NCBI GenBank assembly: GCA_963754875.1 | Contig: CAVWHO010000010.1 | Span: 1 to 64,000 of the forward strand | Direction of reading: 5' to 3' | DNA: 64,000 bases | Source: Nitrospirota bacterium | GTDB taxonomy: Bacteria; Nitrospirota; UBA9217 | Part shown: positions 18,720-28,268 of the stretch, one piece after another | Numbering within the stretch: the first letter of the stretch is position 1 | Layout: each line of letters opens with the position of its first letter | Program-made: the position numbers and the translations under genes | Notes under the pieces: generated by a model | Seen by the model: only the letters and a program-made list of their open reading frames with translations | The model's database searches: none | Told to the model about the DNA's origin: nothing

Positions 18720-20140
18720 AGATATTGCTCGTCAATCCCTTTGGTTCCAACTGGGTAGAAGGCATGGAAGACCACACCGAGACTGCCATCCGTATGGCGC
18801 CGATCGGCATCCTGTCCATAGCCGCTTTTCTCCTGGAAAAGGGACACGACGTGGAAGTTCATGATTGCCGGGGCCCGGTCACGCGCGGCGGCGCCGCGGA
18901 GGTGATATCCCGGGTGCAGACCTTCAAACCCGACATGGTGGGTTTCACGGCCGTGACCTCAAGCTTTCTGAATTGCTACGGCCTTGCAGTGGAAATCAGG
19001 AAGGTTTCGCCGCAGATCCTTATCGTGGTCGGCGGTGTCCACGTATCGGCCCTGCGCAAGAAGATCCTCCTCTCCTATCCTGGCATTGACTTTTTGGTGA
19101 CCGGCGAAGGCGAGAAAGCCATGGCTGATCTTGCCGCTGGCGCTAAACCCGAAACAATCCAGGGTCTGGTGTACCGCGAGGGGAATGAGATCAAGGATAA
19201 CGGGATCAGGACCGATCTCTGCGAACTGGACAGGCTGCCGTTTCCCGCGTATGGAATACTTGAAGGATTTCCCAAAAAATTCGAGGCCGCGTTGTTCAAT
19301 TATCCGAAAGCTCCGTCAGCCACGATCATATCGAGCCGCGGCTGTCCTTACCAGTGTTCCTATTGCGACCGCTCGGTCTACCGCCGGAGCTTTCGCTACA
19401 ATTCGGCGGAATATCTCTACGAACATATGGCATTCCTGAAAAGGGAATTTGGCATCCGCCACATTTTCTTTTACGACGACCTGTTTACCTTCAACCGGGA
19501 GAGGGTCGAGAAGTTTTGCGGTCTCTTGCGGGAAAAGCCGCTCCACATGACCTTCAACTGCGCCGTACGCGTGGGGCATGCAGACGACGAACTGCTCAAG
19601 ATGCTGAAGGCCTCGGGCTGCTGGATGGTGAGCCTTGGCATCGAGTCGGGCGCGCCGGAGATTCTTGCCCGGCACAAGACGAAAGTGGACTTTAATGAAA
19701 TGAAAACCACAGTAAAGCGGATCCAGAAGAACGGCCTTCGGGCCAAGGGCCTGTTCATGATGGGATTGCCCGGCGAGACTGAAAAAACCGTCAAGATGAC
19801 GACCGATTTCATCACCAATCTCGAACTGGACGACATGAATATGACTAAGTTCACGCCATTCCCGGGCTCGCCGATCTACCAGACGATCAACGATGAAGGC
19901 ACGTTTGTCGAAAAATGGGAATTGATGAACTGTCTGAATTTCGTCTTCGTGCCGAACGGGATCGAATCCAAAGAACGCCTTGACCAGTTGTATAAACAGT
20001 TCATTAAACAGTTCTATACCGGAAAAAACTGGGTCCGTAAATTCGGGCCGCTGATGTTCAAATCCCCGAACAGTACCTACCGGATCCTCAGGAACCTGCC
20101 GACATTCCTCAAGATCAAAAGCGACTTTGAACCGAAATAG
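18716..20140 (+). CDS. B12-binding radical SAM protein 4 (class B methyltransferase-like)
   Basis: PIGILSIAA, VGGVHVS, GEGE, SSRGCPYQCSYC, GIESG, PFPGSPIY. Confidence 0.9.
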   Translation: MKILLVNPFGSNWVEGMEDHTETAIRMAPIGILSIAAFLLEKGHDVEVHDCRGPVTRGGAAEVISRVQTFKPDMVGFTAVTSSFLNCYGLAVEIRKVSPQILIVVGGVHVSALRKKILLSYPGIDFLVTGEGEKAMADLAAGAKPETIQGLVYREGNEIKDNGIRTDLCELDRLPFPAYGILEGFPKKFEAALFNYPKAPSATIISSRGCPYQCSYCDRSVYRRSFRYNSAEYLYEHMAFLKREFGIRHIFFYDDLFTFNRERVEKFCGLLREKPLHMTFNCAVRVGHADDELLKMLKASGCWMVSLGIESGAPEILARHKTKVDFNEMKTTVKRIQKNGLRAKGLFMMGLPGETEKTVKMTTDFITNLELDDMNMTKFTPFPGSPIYQTINDEGTFVEKWELMNCLNFVFVPNGIESKERLDQLYKQFIKQFYTGKNWVRKFGPLMFKSPNSTYRILRNLPTFLKIKSDFEPK

Positions 20141-20219
20141 TGATATTGTTTTCATCGGCTGAGAGAACACACCGAGACATGATGAAGGGGTGCGACTTGT
20201 TTACTAACACCACTTTTTA

Positions 20220-20248
20220 TTGACATATCAAGTGTTTTCTTGTATCTT
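20220..20248 (+). promoter_or_regulatory. Sigma70 promoter
   Basis: TTGACA-17 bp-TATCTT upstream of rhomboid gene. Confidence 0.55.
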
Positions 20249-20366
20249 GTTGACGGAGCAGTCATTGCGAGCCGGTTTTCCGCAATGGCGCCTTGATGGA
20301 GTCTCTCTCGTCAGCAGGACCGCCGAGGGTGACCGGCAGAAGCGCCGCACAAAGGGCAGACGCACA

Positions 20367-21065
20367 TTGATTCCCCTGCGAGATATCAACCCAACGGAAC
20401 GTTTTGCGATCATTACCTTTTGCCTGATCGCCCTGAATATCGCGGTTTTCGTGTTTGAATTGGCGATCGGCGACAAGGCCGGCAATCTGTTTGTTGAGTC
20501 CTTTGCATTGGTTCCGGAGCGGCTGTTCTCGCCGCATCACCCGGCCGGCAATGCCCTGCCGGCGTGGTAACGTTGTTTACGTCCATGTTCATCCACGGCG
20601 GTTTTTTGCATATCGCCGGCAATATGCTGTACCTCTGGATCTTCGGCAACAATATCGAGGACGCCACCGGGCGACTGCGGTTCATCGTATTTTATCTCTT
20701 GTGCGGTGTTTTTGCCGCTTACGCTCATGCCTACATGAATCGTGACTCCGTGATCCCCATGATCGGCGCCAGCGGCGCCATCTCCGGCGTGCTCGGCGCC
20801 TATCTTGCTCCTGTATCCCCGGGCGCGGGTCGTTACACTCGTGTTTTTCGGTTTTTATGTCAGGACGGTTGAAGTGCCGGCCATGGCTGTACTCGGGTTC
20901 TGGTTTTTGCTCCAGTTTCTGAACGCGCTCCTATCGAGCGGTTCAACCGGCGGTGTGGCTTGGTACGCTCATGTTGCAGGCTTTGTCGCCGGTATGTTAC
21001 TGATCGGGCTCTTCAAACGGAAGACAGTTTCGTTCGGCGGAAGGAGGAGATTTCGTAATTTATGA
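20367..21065 (+). CDS. Rhomboid intramembrane serine protease (frameshifts near 20566 and 20805)
   Basis: IPLRD start, HGGFLHIAGNMLYLWIFGNNIED, GASGAISG, AHVAGF spread over three frames. Confidence 0.85.
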
Positions 21066-22153
21066 TCGTTACGTGCGAATGCGGCGCAAAACTAAAGATC
21101 GACGATGCGAAACTTGCAGGTAGACGCATTAAAGTTCGCTGCCCGCGGTGCGGCAACGTGCTTCCGGTCCAGAGCGCCCTGCAGACCGTACCTGCGGCGT
21201 CAACGGTTACGGAAAAAAGACTGCGGCCTGCGCAGAACCCTTCAGGGCCTTTGGTGCTGGTCGCCCATGACAGCGATGTGATCAGGCATACGGTGTGTGA
21301 AGTCTTGATCGATTCCGGCTTTCGAGTGGATACAGCCGCGAGCGGGATGGAAGCCCTTACCAAGGCGACTCAGATGATGCCGAGGGGCCTTGTGCTTGAC
21401 GTGGGGCTTTCGGGCAGTATTTACGGCTTCCAGGTCTGCGAACGCCTGAAGAAAAACCCGGAAACCAGCGGGATCAAAATTGTTCTCCTGTCATCCGTCT
21501 ATGACATGCGGCGGTATAAACGAACTCCGGTAAGCCTCTACGGAGCAGACGACTATATCGAGAAACATCACATTCCGGACTTTCTCCCGAAGAAAATGCG
21601 CAGGCTCATTTTCCCGGAGGAATTCGCCGATATACAACCGAAGGGTAGTACGCCGGCCCATCATGAACTTCCCGAAATGTCCAGGCCGCCGGCGAGGGAA
21701 TTTAAGCCCTCCCTGCTGAACCAAACGGCTGTGCCGCAGACCGACCGGGGCTTCCCCCATTCTGTGCCGCCTCGTACTGCTACGGCGAAAGCCGCTGCAG
21801 GGGACGGCCAGGAAAGCGTGGCCATATCGCCGGAATCGTTCAGCCTGGACGCCTCCATTTTTCAGAAAGAGGAGTGCGACATTCCCCGCGTTGATGCAGC
21901 GGATCCTGAGGCCGTGGAAAAAGCGCGACGCTTTGCCCGCATTATCGTTTCCGATATCGCCCTGTATAATCAGGAGCTCGTGATCGAAGGGATCATGAAA
22001 GGAACGTTTTACGAGCTGCTTCAGAACGATATCCAGGAAGGGCGGGAATTGTACGAAAAACGCGTGCCCCCTGCAATCAGGACAGAAAAGGATTACTATC
22101 AAGAGGCCTTCGATAATTTTCTCGCCGCTGCAAAAAACAAGAATGTTCGTTGA
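21062..22153 (+). CDS. Zinc-ribbon (MJ0042-like) response regulator
   Basis: CEC...KVRCPRC finger, receiver domain (LDVGL, GADDYIEK), conserved C-terminal ARRFARIIVSDIALYN domain. Confidence 0.8.
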   Translation: MIVTCECGAKLKIDDAKLAGRRIKVRCPRCGNVLPVQSALQTVPAASTVTEKRLRPAQNPSGPLVLVAHDSDVIRHTVCEVLIDSGFRVDTAASGMEALTKATQMMPRGLVLDVGLSGSIYGFQVCERLKKNPETSGIKIVLLSSVYDMRRYKRTPVSLYGADDYIEKHHIPDFLPKKMRRLIFPEEFADIQPKGSTPAHHELPEMSRPPAREFKPSLLNQTAVPQTDRGFPHSVPPRTATAKAAAGDGQESVAISPESFSLDASIFQKEECDIPRVDAADPEAVEKARRFARIIVSDIALYNQELVIEGIMKGTFYELLQNDIQEGRELYEKRVPPAIRTEKDYYQEAFDNFLAAAKNKNVR

Positions 22154-22178
22154 CATACGAAATCAGTTTTAGTATAGT
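22150..22178 (+). promoter_or_regulatory. Sigma70 promoter of tRNA-Pro
   Basis: TTGACA-17 bp-TATAGT. Confidence 0.7.
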
Positions 22179-22189
22179 ATACAAATTCG

Positions 22190-22267
<78 letters not shown>

Positions 22268-22472
22268 GTTTATTTTCCATGCTTGCACCTGCAAGGAAGA
22301 ATGCGGTATTCTTTTTTATGCTTGATCGTTTTACGTGCGGGAAACAGAAGGTAGTTACGGCATTTGACTGGCTGGATTATGGGAGCAGCGGAGACCAACG
22401 CATCACTTTTGGTAATTACATAAACCCAGGCATCGGTGCGAACTCTATCTTTTCCTGCCCCACGAGGTTTTC

Positions 22473-23444
22473 ATGAGCGAAAGGGAACGGTCGGTTGATG
22501 ATCTGATGGGCGCCGAGCCCTACGGCGAAGAGAACGAGGAAAAGGAAGAGGAACGCAGGGAAAACCGCGCTGAGGAATCTTCCGAAGCTGCATCCGAAAG
22601 CGGCTCGGGGCAGAAGGGCCTCGATGCCATCAAGTATTATCTCAAGGAAATCCGCAAGACACCCCTTCTTACGTTTGAACAGGAGCAGGAACTGGCCAAA
22701 CGGATCGCCGAGGGCGACCAGGAAGCGCGGGCCAGGATGATCGAGGCGAATCTCCGTCTTGTCGTCGCCATCGGCAAAAAGTATATAAACCGCGGTTTGC
22801 AGTTCTCCGACATCATCGAGGAAGGTAACCTTGGCCTGATCCGGGCCGTCGAAAAATTCCAATACCAGCGCGGCTTCAAGTTCAGCACCTACGCCTCATG
22901 GTGGATCAAACAGGCCATTGAACGGGCGATCGTCAACCAGACGCGTACCATCCGTCTGCCCGTCCACATCGCCGAGATCGTCAATTCCTATTTGCGCGCT
23001 TCGCGCCAGCTTACCCAGAGCCTGGGGCGCGATCCGCAGATAGAAGAGATAGCAAAAAAAATGAAAGTCACCGTTGAGAAGGTGAGGAGCATATCCCAGG
23101 TTGTGCGCGAAACCTATTCGCTGGATATGCTCATCGGCGACCAGGAAGAGGACACGCTCAAGGACATCCTTCAGGACACCAACGCGGTTTCCCCGGCAAC
23201 GTTTTCCGACGAGATACGGCGCCGGGAACACATCGACGAATGGCTCCAGCAACTTTCGGTGAGCGAGCGCAAAGTCATCGAGATGCGGTTCGGCTTTGTG
23301 GACGGCGAGCCGAAGACCCTGGACAGCATAGGCAAGGAATTCGGGATAACGCGGGAGCGCGTGAGACAGATCGAAACCCAGGCACTCAACAAGTTGCGGG
23401 CCATCACGAAGCGAAAAAAGATCGAACTGGAAGAGATGCTGTAG
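22473..23444 (+). CDS. rpoS: RNA polymerase sigma-70 factor, RpoS-like
   Basis: [49 protein letters not shown]; no region 1.1. Confidence 0.75.
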   Translation: MSERERSVDDLMGAEPYGEENEEKEEERRENRAEESSEAASESGSGQKGLDAIKYYLKEIRKTPLLTFEQEQELAKRIAEGDQEARARMIEANLRLVVAIGKKYINRGLQFSDIIEEGNLGLIRAVEKFQYQRGFKFSTYASWWIKQAIERAIVNQTRTIRLPVHIAEIVNSYLRASRQLTQSLGRDPQIEEIAKKMKVTVEKVRSISQVVRETYSLDMLIGDQEEDTLKDILQDTNAVSPATFSDEIRRREHIDEWLQQLSVSERKVIEMRFGFVDGEPKTLDSIGKEFGITRERVRQIETQALNKLRAITKRKKIELEEML

Positions 23445-23499
23445 GAATCACGGTTTTTTCGATTTGGAATTGTCAAATCGGCAATCCTCAGTTGAATGC

Positions 23500-23576
23500 G
23501 CCCCTGTAGCTCAGGTGGATAGAGCAGCGGTTTCCTAAACCGCGTGCCGCGTGTTCGAATCACGCCAGGGGCACCA
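23500..23576 (+). tRNA. tRNA-Arg(CCT)
   Basis: GCCCCTG acceptor stem, GCGGT-TTCCTAA-ACCGC anticodon arm, GTTCGAATC, CCA. Confidence 0.95.
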
Positions 23577-23712
23577 ATAAAGTCAATGAGTTAAGGCCGA
23601 TACGAGACTGTATTGGCCTTTTTATTTTCAAATTTGCTATTCTTTTGCTACTCTTTTAATACAAAGAAGTGACGAATATTGATAGAAATCCCTTATTTAT
23701 TGCTGTGGAACT

Positions 23713-23767
23713 GCGGTTGTGTAAACCGCGTGCCTTGTGTTCGAGTCACCCCAGAGGGCACCAATAA
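23713..23767 (+). repeat. Degenerate tRNA-Arg 3' copy (att-like) 1
   Basis: GCGGTTGTGTAAACCGCGTGCCTTGTGTTCGAGTCACCCCAGAGGGCACCAATAAA vs tRNA GCGGTTTCCTAAACCGCGTGCCGCGTGTTCGAATCACGCCAGGGGCACCAATAAA. Confidence 0.85.
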
Positions 23768-24142
23768 ATCGGTGAAGCCTAGTTTCATATAATAATAGCG
23801 AGAGTGCAAAAAACAATTTGTATCATTGCATTTTGTGATAAAGTTTATGTCGACGACTACATCCTGTAGCCGCTAGAGTTTCCGTTCTCGAAAACTCATC
23901 AAGCAGTTTATTGCAGTCAACTTCGCATCTTTTCACCATTCGAACGCATTGACATGGCAAAACATCAGGAATATATTCTTCAAATACTACCATCTAGAAA
24001 AAAACGATCATATCGCTAGGACACCTATAAAATCAAGTATGGACATACGAGTAATGTGAGTCAAGATGAGTTATAATTTTGACACGCGGTGGTAAGCAGT
24101 AAGTGATTTTATCAAACTTCGCTACACAGGAGGGGACATAAC

Positions 24143-24358
24143 ATGGAAGGACTTTTCCAGCCGATGCATTTGATACTGATACTTATCATTGTGCTCATTA
24201 TCTTTGGACCTGGCAGATTGCCTCAAATAGGTGAGGGGCTTGGCAAGAGCATCAGGGGTTTTAAGAAAGCCATGAATGAACCCGATGAGCCAAAAAAAGA
24301 AGAGACTAAAACAGAAGCTAAGGCTATCGAGCAGAAGGATGAAAAGAAAAATTCCTAA
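24143..24358 (+). CDS. tatA: Twin-arginine translocase TatA/E
   Basis: [26 protein letters not shown]. Confidence 0.92.
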   Translation: MEGLFQPMHLILILIIVLIIFGPGRLPQIGEGLGKSIRGFKKAMNEPDEPKKEETKTEAKAIEQKDEKKNS

Positions 24359-25068
24359 TGAAAGTCATATCAAGCGGACAACCGAGAGCGGACAGAGCCG
24401 CCCTTGATGTGGCTATCGAGTAGAACAAATGAAGATTCGTTAGCGAGATTTGAAAAAGCAAGGGTTGCTTACCGCAAGTTGTTGCGGTACTAAACTTTTG
24501 TAAAAACCGCGTGTCAAATAAACATGCTCTTGAAAGAACTGAAAAATATTTCAGAAGGGAATCCGGCAGCGGAAAAGGGGTCGCCTGGTTCAAAATAATT
24601 ATGAATATTATACTGAAAGAGATTAACGAGCAAGTGCAATGGTCCTGCAACGAATACGAAAACTATCCCAATGCAAAAATAGAGCAGAAGAAATATCATA
24701 GCGGTCTCTCCTTGATTTTAATTGCGTTTTCAAACGAAATGATTTTATGGAAAAAACGGGTAAAGGAATTACCTGAAAGAGAACAGACGCTCTTGTTAGA
24801 TTATTTAGCAAAGCTCGGCAAATCTTTTAAGCTGGTTGCCAAAACTATTCGAGTTGCAAAATTACAAGCAATTTTAGGGGATGTTAAATCGTATTCTGCC
24901 TGGTCTTGCACCGAACTAACCATTAACAATAGCACATTATTAAATTTAAAGAATCAATCCTTATCTCCTGTCTGCCAACATGACACGGTTCATCGTGCTC
25001 GTACCTATGACCGCTTAATAAGGAATCCCGCTTCAAAGTAAATATACTCTCGAAAGGTTGGCTAAATC

Positions 25069-26076
25069 ATGAAATCGCTTATGGTCGCAGTTCTTTTGCT
25101 TATGAGCACAACAGCACAAGCAGCATCGGGTTATCATATTATCAATAAAATTCCATTGGGAGGCGAAGGTGGTTGGGATGCCTTGACGGTGGACAGTGCA
25201 GCCCATCGCTTGTATATATCTCACAGCACTCATGTCATGGTCCTCGACACTGTGACTGATAAAGTCGTTGGTGATATACCTGATACGCCTGGTGTCCACG
25301 GGATAGCACTAGCCCCCGAACTGAGTCGTGGGTTTACCAGCAATGGCAAGGCAAATACCGTTACCATATTCGACATAAAAACCCTGAAAATAATCGGACA
25401 AGTTAAGACCGGGGAGAATCCCGATATCATATTATATGAGCCTTCTTTACAACGGGTATTCACATTCAACGGAAAAAGCAAAGATACCACTGTATTTGAG
25501 GCTGCTTCGGGCAAGGTTCTGGCAACGATTGCCCTTGGCGGGAAGCCTGAATTTGCCACCGCGGATAATAAAGGTAAGGTTTTTGTAAATATCGAGGATA
25601 CGAGCGAGGTTGTTGAGTTGGATAGCAAAAAACTGACTATATCAAAACGTTTTTCTTTAAAACCTTGTGAAGAGCCATCGGGAATAGCAATTGATATTGA
25701 ACATCATCGGCTATTTTCGGGATGCCACAATAAAGTAATGACAGTGCTGGACGTGGAATCAGGAAAAGTAATCTCTACTGTACCCATTGGGGAAGGTGTG
25801 GATGGTAATGCTTTTGATGCGGAGACCGGGTTTGCATTTAGTTCAAATGGTGAAGGAACGCTCACGGTAGTTCGAGAATCATCGCCGAGAAAGTTTGACG
25901 CGGAGACAATTATAACCCAGCGGAGTGCGCGGACCATGACTGTGGATACAAAGACGCATAAAATTTATCTGCCTGTAGCAGAATTTTCTCCGGCTCCCGC
26001 ACCAACGCCTGACGTGCCGAAACCAAGACCTGTTATGATTAGGGACAGTTTTGCGGTACTTGTGGTTGGGAAGTAA
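25069..26076 (+). CDS. Secreted YncE/YVTN beta-propeller protein
   Basis: Signal peptide; GGEGGWDAL, VHGIAL, KTGENPD, ARTM repeats. Confidence 0.85.
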   Translation: MKSLMVAVLLLMSTTAQAASGYHIINKIPLGGEGGWDALTVDSAAHRLYISHSTHVMVLDTVTDKVVGDIPDTPGVHGIALAPELSRGFTSNGKANTVTIFDIKTLKIIGQVKTGENPDIILYEPSLQRVFTFNGKSKDTTVFEAASGKVLATIALGGKPEFATADNKGKVFVNIEDTSEVVELDSKKLTISKRFSLKPCEEPSGIAIDIEHHRLFSGCHNKVMTVLDVESGKVISTVPIGEGVDGNAFDAETGFAFSSNGEGTLTVVRESSPRKFDAETIITQRSARTMTVDTKTHKIYLPVAEFSPAPAPTPDVPKPRPVMIRDSFAVLVVGK

Positions 26077-26162
26077 ATCTGACGCATTTGCTGAGTTTGA
26101 AGTGCATCATAGACTAAGATATTACCCTGACAGATATCTATTAAGAAAAGGAAAGAGTGAAT

Positions 26163-26915
26163 ATGGAACGTAAAGAGGTTTTCAGTAAAGTACCTGAAGT
26201 AACGCTGATTTTCTGGATAATAAAAATTCTCGCCACAACCCTCGGAGAGACTGGTGGAGATGCCGTGTCCATGTCGATGCATCTTGGCTATCTCATTGCT
26301 ACTGTAATATTTGCGACTATATTCATAGTTGCGGTAGCTGTACAAATGTCCGCGAAAAAATTTCATCCGGTCATTTACTGGTCAACAATTATTGCAACGA
26401 CAACAGTTGGGACGACATTGGCTGATTTCGCGGACCGCTCTCTTGGTATGGGTTATGTAGGCGGAACGGCAATTTTGTTCACATTACTTATGGTGTCATT
26501 GCTCATTTGGTATCGTGCGCTTGGTTCGGTAGCTGTGAACACCGTGAGTTCACCAAAATCCGAAATATTCTACTGGATAACAATCATGCTATCTCAGACC
26601 TTGGGTACTGCGCTCGGCGATTGGACGGCGGACACGACGGGTCTTGGGTATGCTGGTGGTGCAATCTTGTTTGGTGCTATGTTGGTGGGTATTGCAGTGG
26701 CATATTACCGAACAAAAATATCCCGCACAGTACTTTTTTGGGCGGCATTCATTCTTACACGACCACTTGGTGCGGTGGTCGGCGACTTTTTGGACAAACC
26801 GGTACTCGATGGAGGCTTAGCACTAAGCCGTTACTCAGCATCAGTGTCATTGCTCTTCTTAATCGGTTTTTGTATCTTCATCTTTACGCATAAGCCAGCA
26901 AAACAAGAACATTGA
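26163..26915 (+). CDS. COG4705/DUF347-repeat membrane protein
   Basis: SKVPEVTLIFWIIKILATTLGETGGD, QTLGTALGD, FILTRPLGA. Confidence 0.85.
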   Translation: MERKEVFSKVPEVTLIFWIIKILATTLGETGGDAVSMSMHLGYLIATVIFATIFIVAVAVQMSAKKFHPVIYWSTIIATTTVGTTLADFADRSLGMGYVGGTAILFTLLMVSLLIWYRALGSVAVNTVSSPKSEIFYWITIMLSQTLGTALGDWTADTTGLGYAGGAILFGAMLVGIAVAYYRTKISRTVLFWAAFILTRPLGAVVGDFLDKPVLDGGLALSRYSASVSLLFLIGFCIFIFTHKPAKQEH

Positions 26916-26966
26916 GAGAGGAGTTTCATCAAGAAAGGTAGCGGGTAATCTATGGTCCTCAGGTCG

Positions 26967-27167
26967 CTACTTTTTTTCAAGACTCCTAAGCCCCTCCTGC
27001 CTGAACGCCTTCGCCAGCTTGAAAGCTTCCCGCTCCCCGTATACGTTGACGGCAAGCGCTTTTGACATGCCTTGATACTTCTCAGGATTTTTAGAAAGTG
27101 CGCGGATGGCTTCGTGACCGAGAAGGCTAGGCGGAAAATTGATGATGCTTTTTTTAATTCTGGGCAT
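26967..27167 (-). CDS. Possible small hypothetical protein
   Basis: 66-aa ORF in otherwise empty interval; no recognisable motif. Confidence 0.3.
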   Translation of the reverse strand: MPRIKKSIINFPPSLLGHEAIRALSKNPEKYQGMSKALAVNVYGEREAFKLAKAFRQEGLRSLEKK

Positions 27168-27376
27168 ACGGCAAAAGTAACTCTAGCATCGTTTATAATA
27201 CACTGGCATACGTGTTCTGTCACCAGGAGGTTCTGGGGAAAAAAGCGGGAGAATTGCAGCAGTAACCAGTCTTTGCGAACAGACATTGGCAAAATCAGAT
27301 GAACGTAGGGAAAAAACATAGACGGGCGCCTGAAGCTTGGATTTCCAACATAGATATGTTTATAAGGAGGATTTAA

Positions 27377-28132
27377 ATGCTGGAGAACAAACTGTTAAAG
27401 CCAGCCGCCATTACCGCTGTCGTGTTACAGGTACTCTGCGCCTTTGCAAACGCCGGAGCACCGCAGATTGAGATGGTTCAGGTAACGGGCGGATGCTTCC
27501 AGATGGGCGATATGTTTGAGGACGGTGATAATGATGAAAAGCCCGTCCATGAAGTGTGCGTTAACGACTTTTCCATTGGAAAGTATGAGGTGACCCAGGA
27601 GCAATGGGTCACGATCATGGGCAGCAATCCCTCGAAATATAAGGGCAGCAGACTACCGGTCGAGGAGGTGAGCTGGGACGACGCACAGCAGTTCATCGCG
27701 AAGCTGAACTCCATAACGGGGAAGCGCTATCGGCTTCCAACCGAGGCGGAATGGGAGTACGCGGCGCGGAGCGGCGGGCGACGGGAGGACTGGCCAGGCA
27801 CTAGCAATGAGAACGAGTTTGGTGACTATGCGTGGTATGACAAGAACAGCGACAATAAAACCCACGTGGTCGGCACGAAGAAACCGAATGGTCTCGGGAT
27901 CTATGATATGAGTGGGAACGTATGGGAGTGGGTGCAGGACTGGTACGACGATGTATACTATGAAGTGAGCTCCCGGGACAATCCTCAAGGGTCACCGGCC
28001 GGATCCCGCAGGGTAACTCGCGGTGGCAGCCTGGACTTCGATCAGTGGAACTCCCGTGCATCCTTTCGCGGCCGCAGCGCACCGGACAACAAGTTTAACG
28101 ACGTGGGCTTTCGCCTCTCCAGTACGCCTTAA
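27377..28132 (+). CDS. Secreted FGE-sulfatase (SUMF1/CLec-fold) domain protein A
   Basis: Signal peptide; FQMG, KYEVT, RLPTEAEWEYAAR, PNGLGIYDMSGNVWEW, RGGS, GFR. Confidence 0.9.
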   Translation: MLENKLLKPAAITAVVLQVLCAFANAGAPQIEMVQVTGGCFQMGDMFEDGDNDEKPVHEVCVNDFSIGKYEVTQEQWVTIMGSNPSKYKGSRLPVEEVSWDDAQQFIAKLNSITGKRYRLPTEAEWEYAARSGGRREDWPGTSNENEFGDYAWYDKNSDNKTHVVGTKKPNGLGIYDMSGNVWEWVQDWYDDVYYEVSSRDNPQGSPAGSRRVTRGGSLDFDQWNSRASFRGRSAPDNKFNDVGFRLSSTP

Positions 28133-28268
28133 CCTTATTAAGGAGGAAACGAAATGGTGGTGCATCAAATGCAGGCCTGAGGATGTGGCGGCGTCACAGA
28201 TCGAAATTCATTTTCGTACGTGCATAGAATAAAAGGTTGTGAATCTTTTATGATCAGGGAGGTTAACC

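Noticed and set aside
2670..20140. Calling the cluster a true ladderane or aryl polyene pathway
   Set aside because: Only family-level resemblance; no anammox markers or clear aryl starter genes seen, and the cluster is truncated.
20255..20366. Possible fluoride riboswitch (GATGGAGTC) in rhomboid leader
   Set aside because: Downstream CTGATGACTCC-type pairing element is missing.
23713..23767. Second functional tRNA
   Set aside because: No D-arm or matching 5' acceptor strand; degenerate 3' half only.
24511..25041. 176-aa ORF in the island
   Set aside because: GTG start without clear RBS and no recognisable motif; not supportable as a gene.
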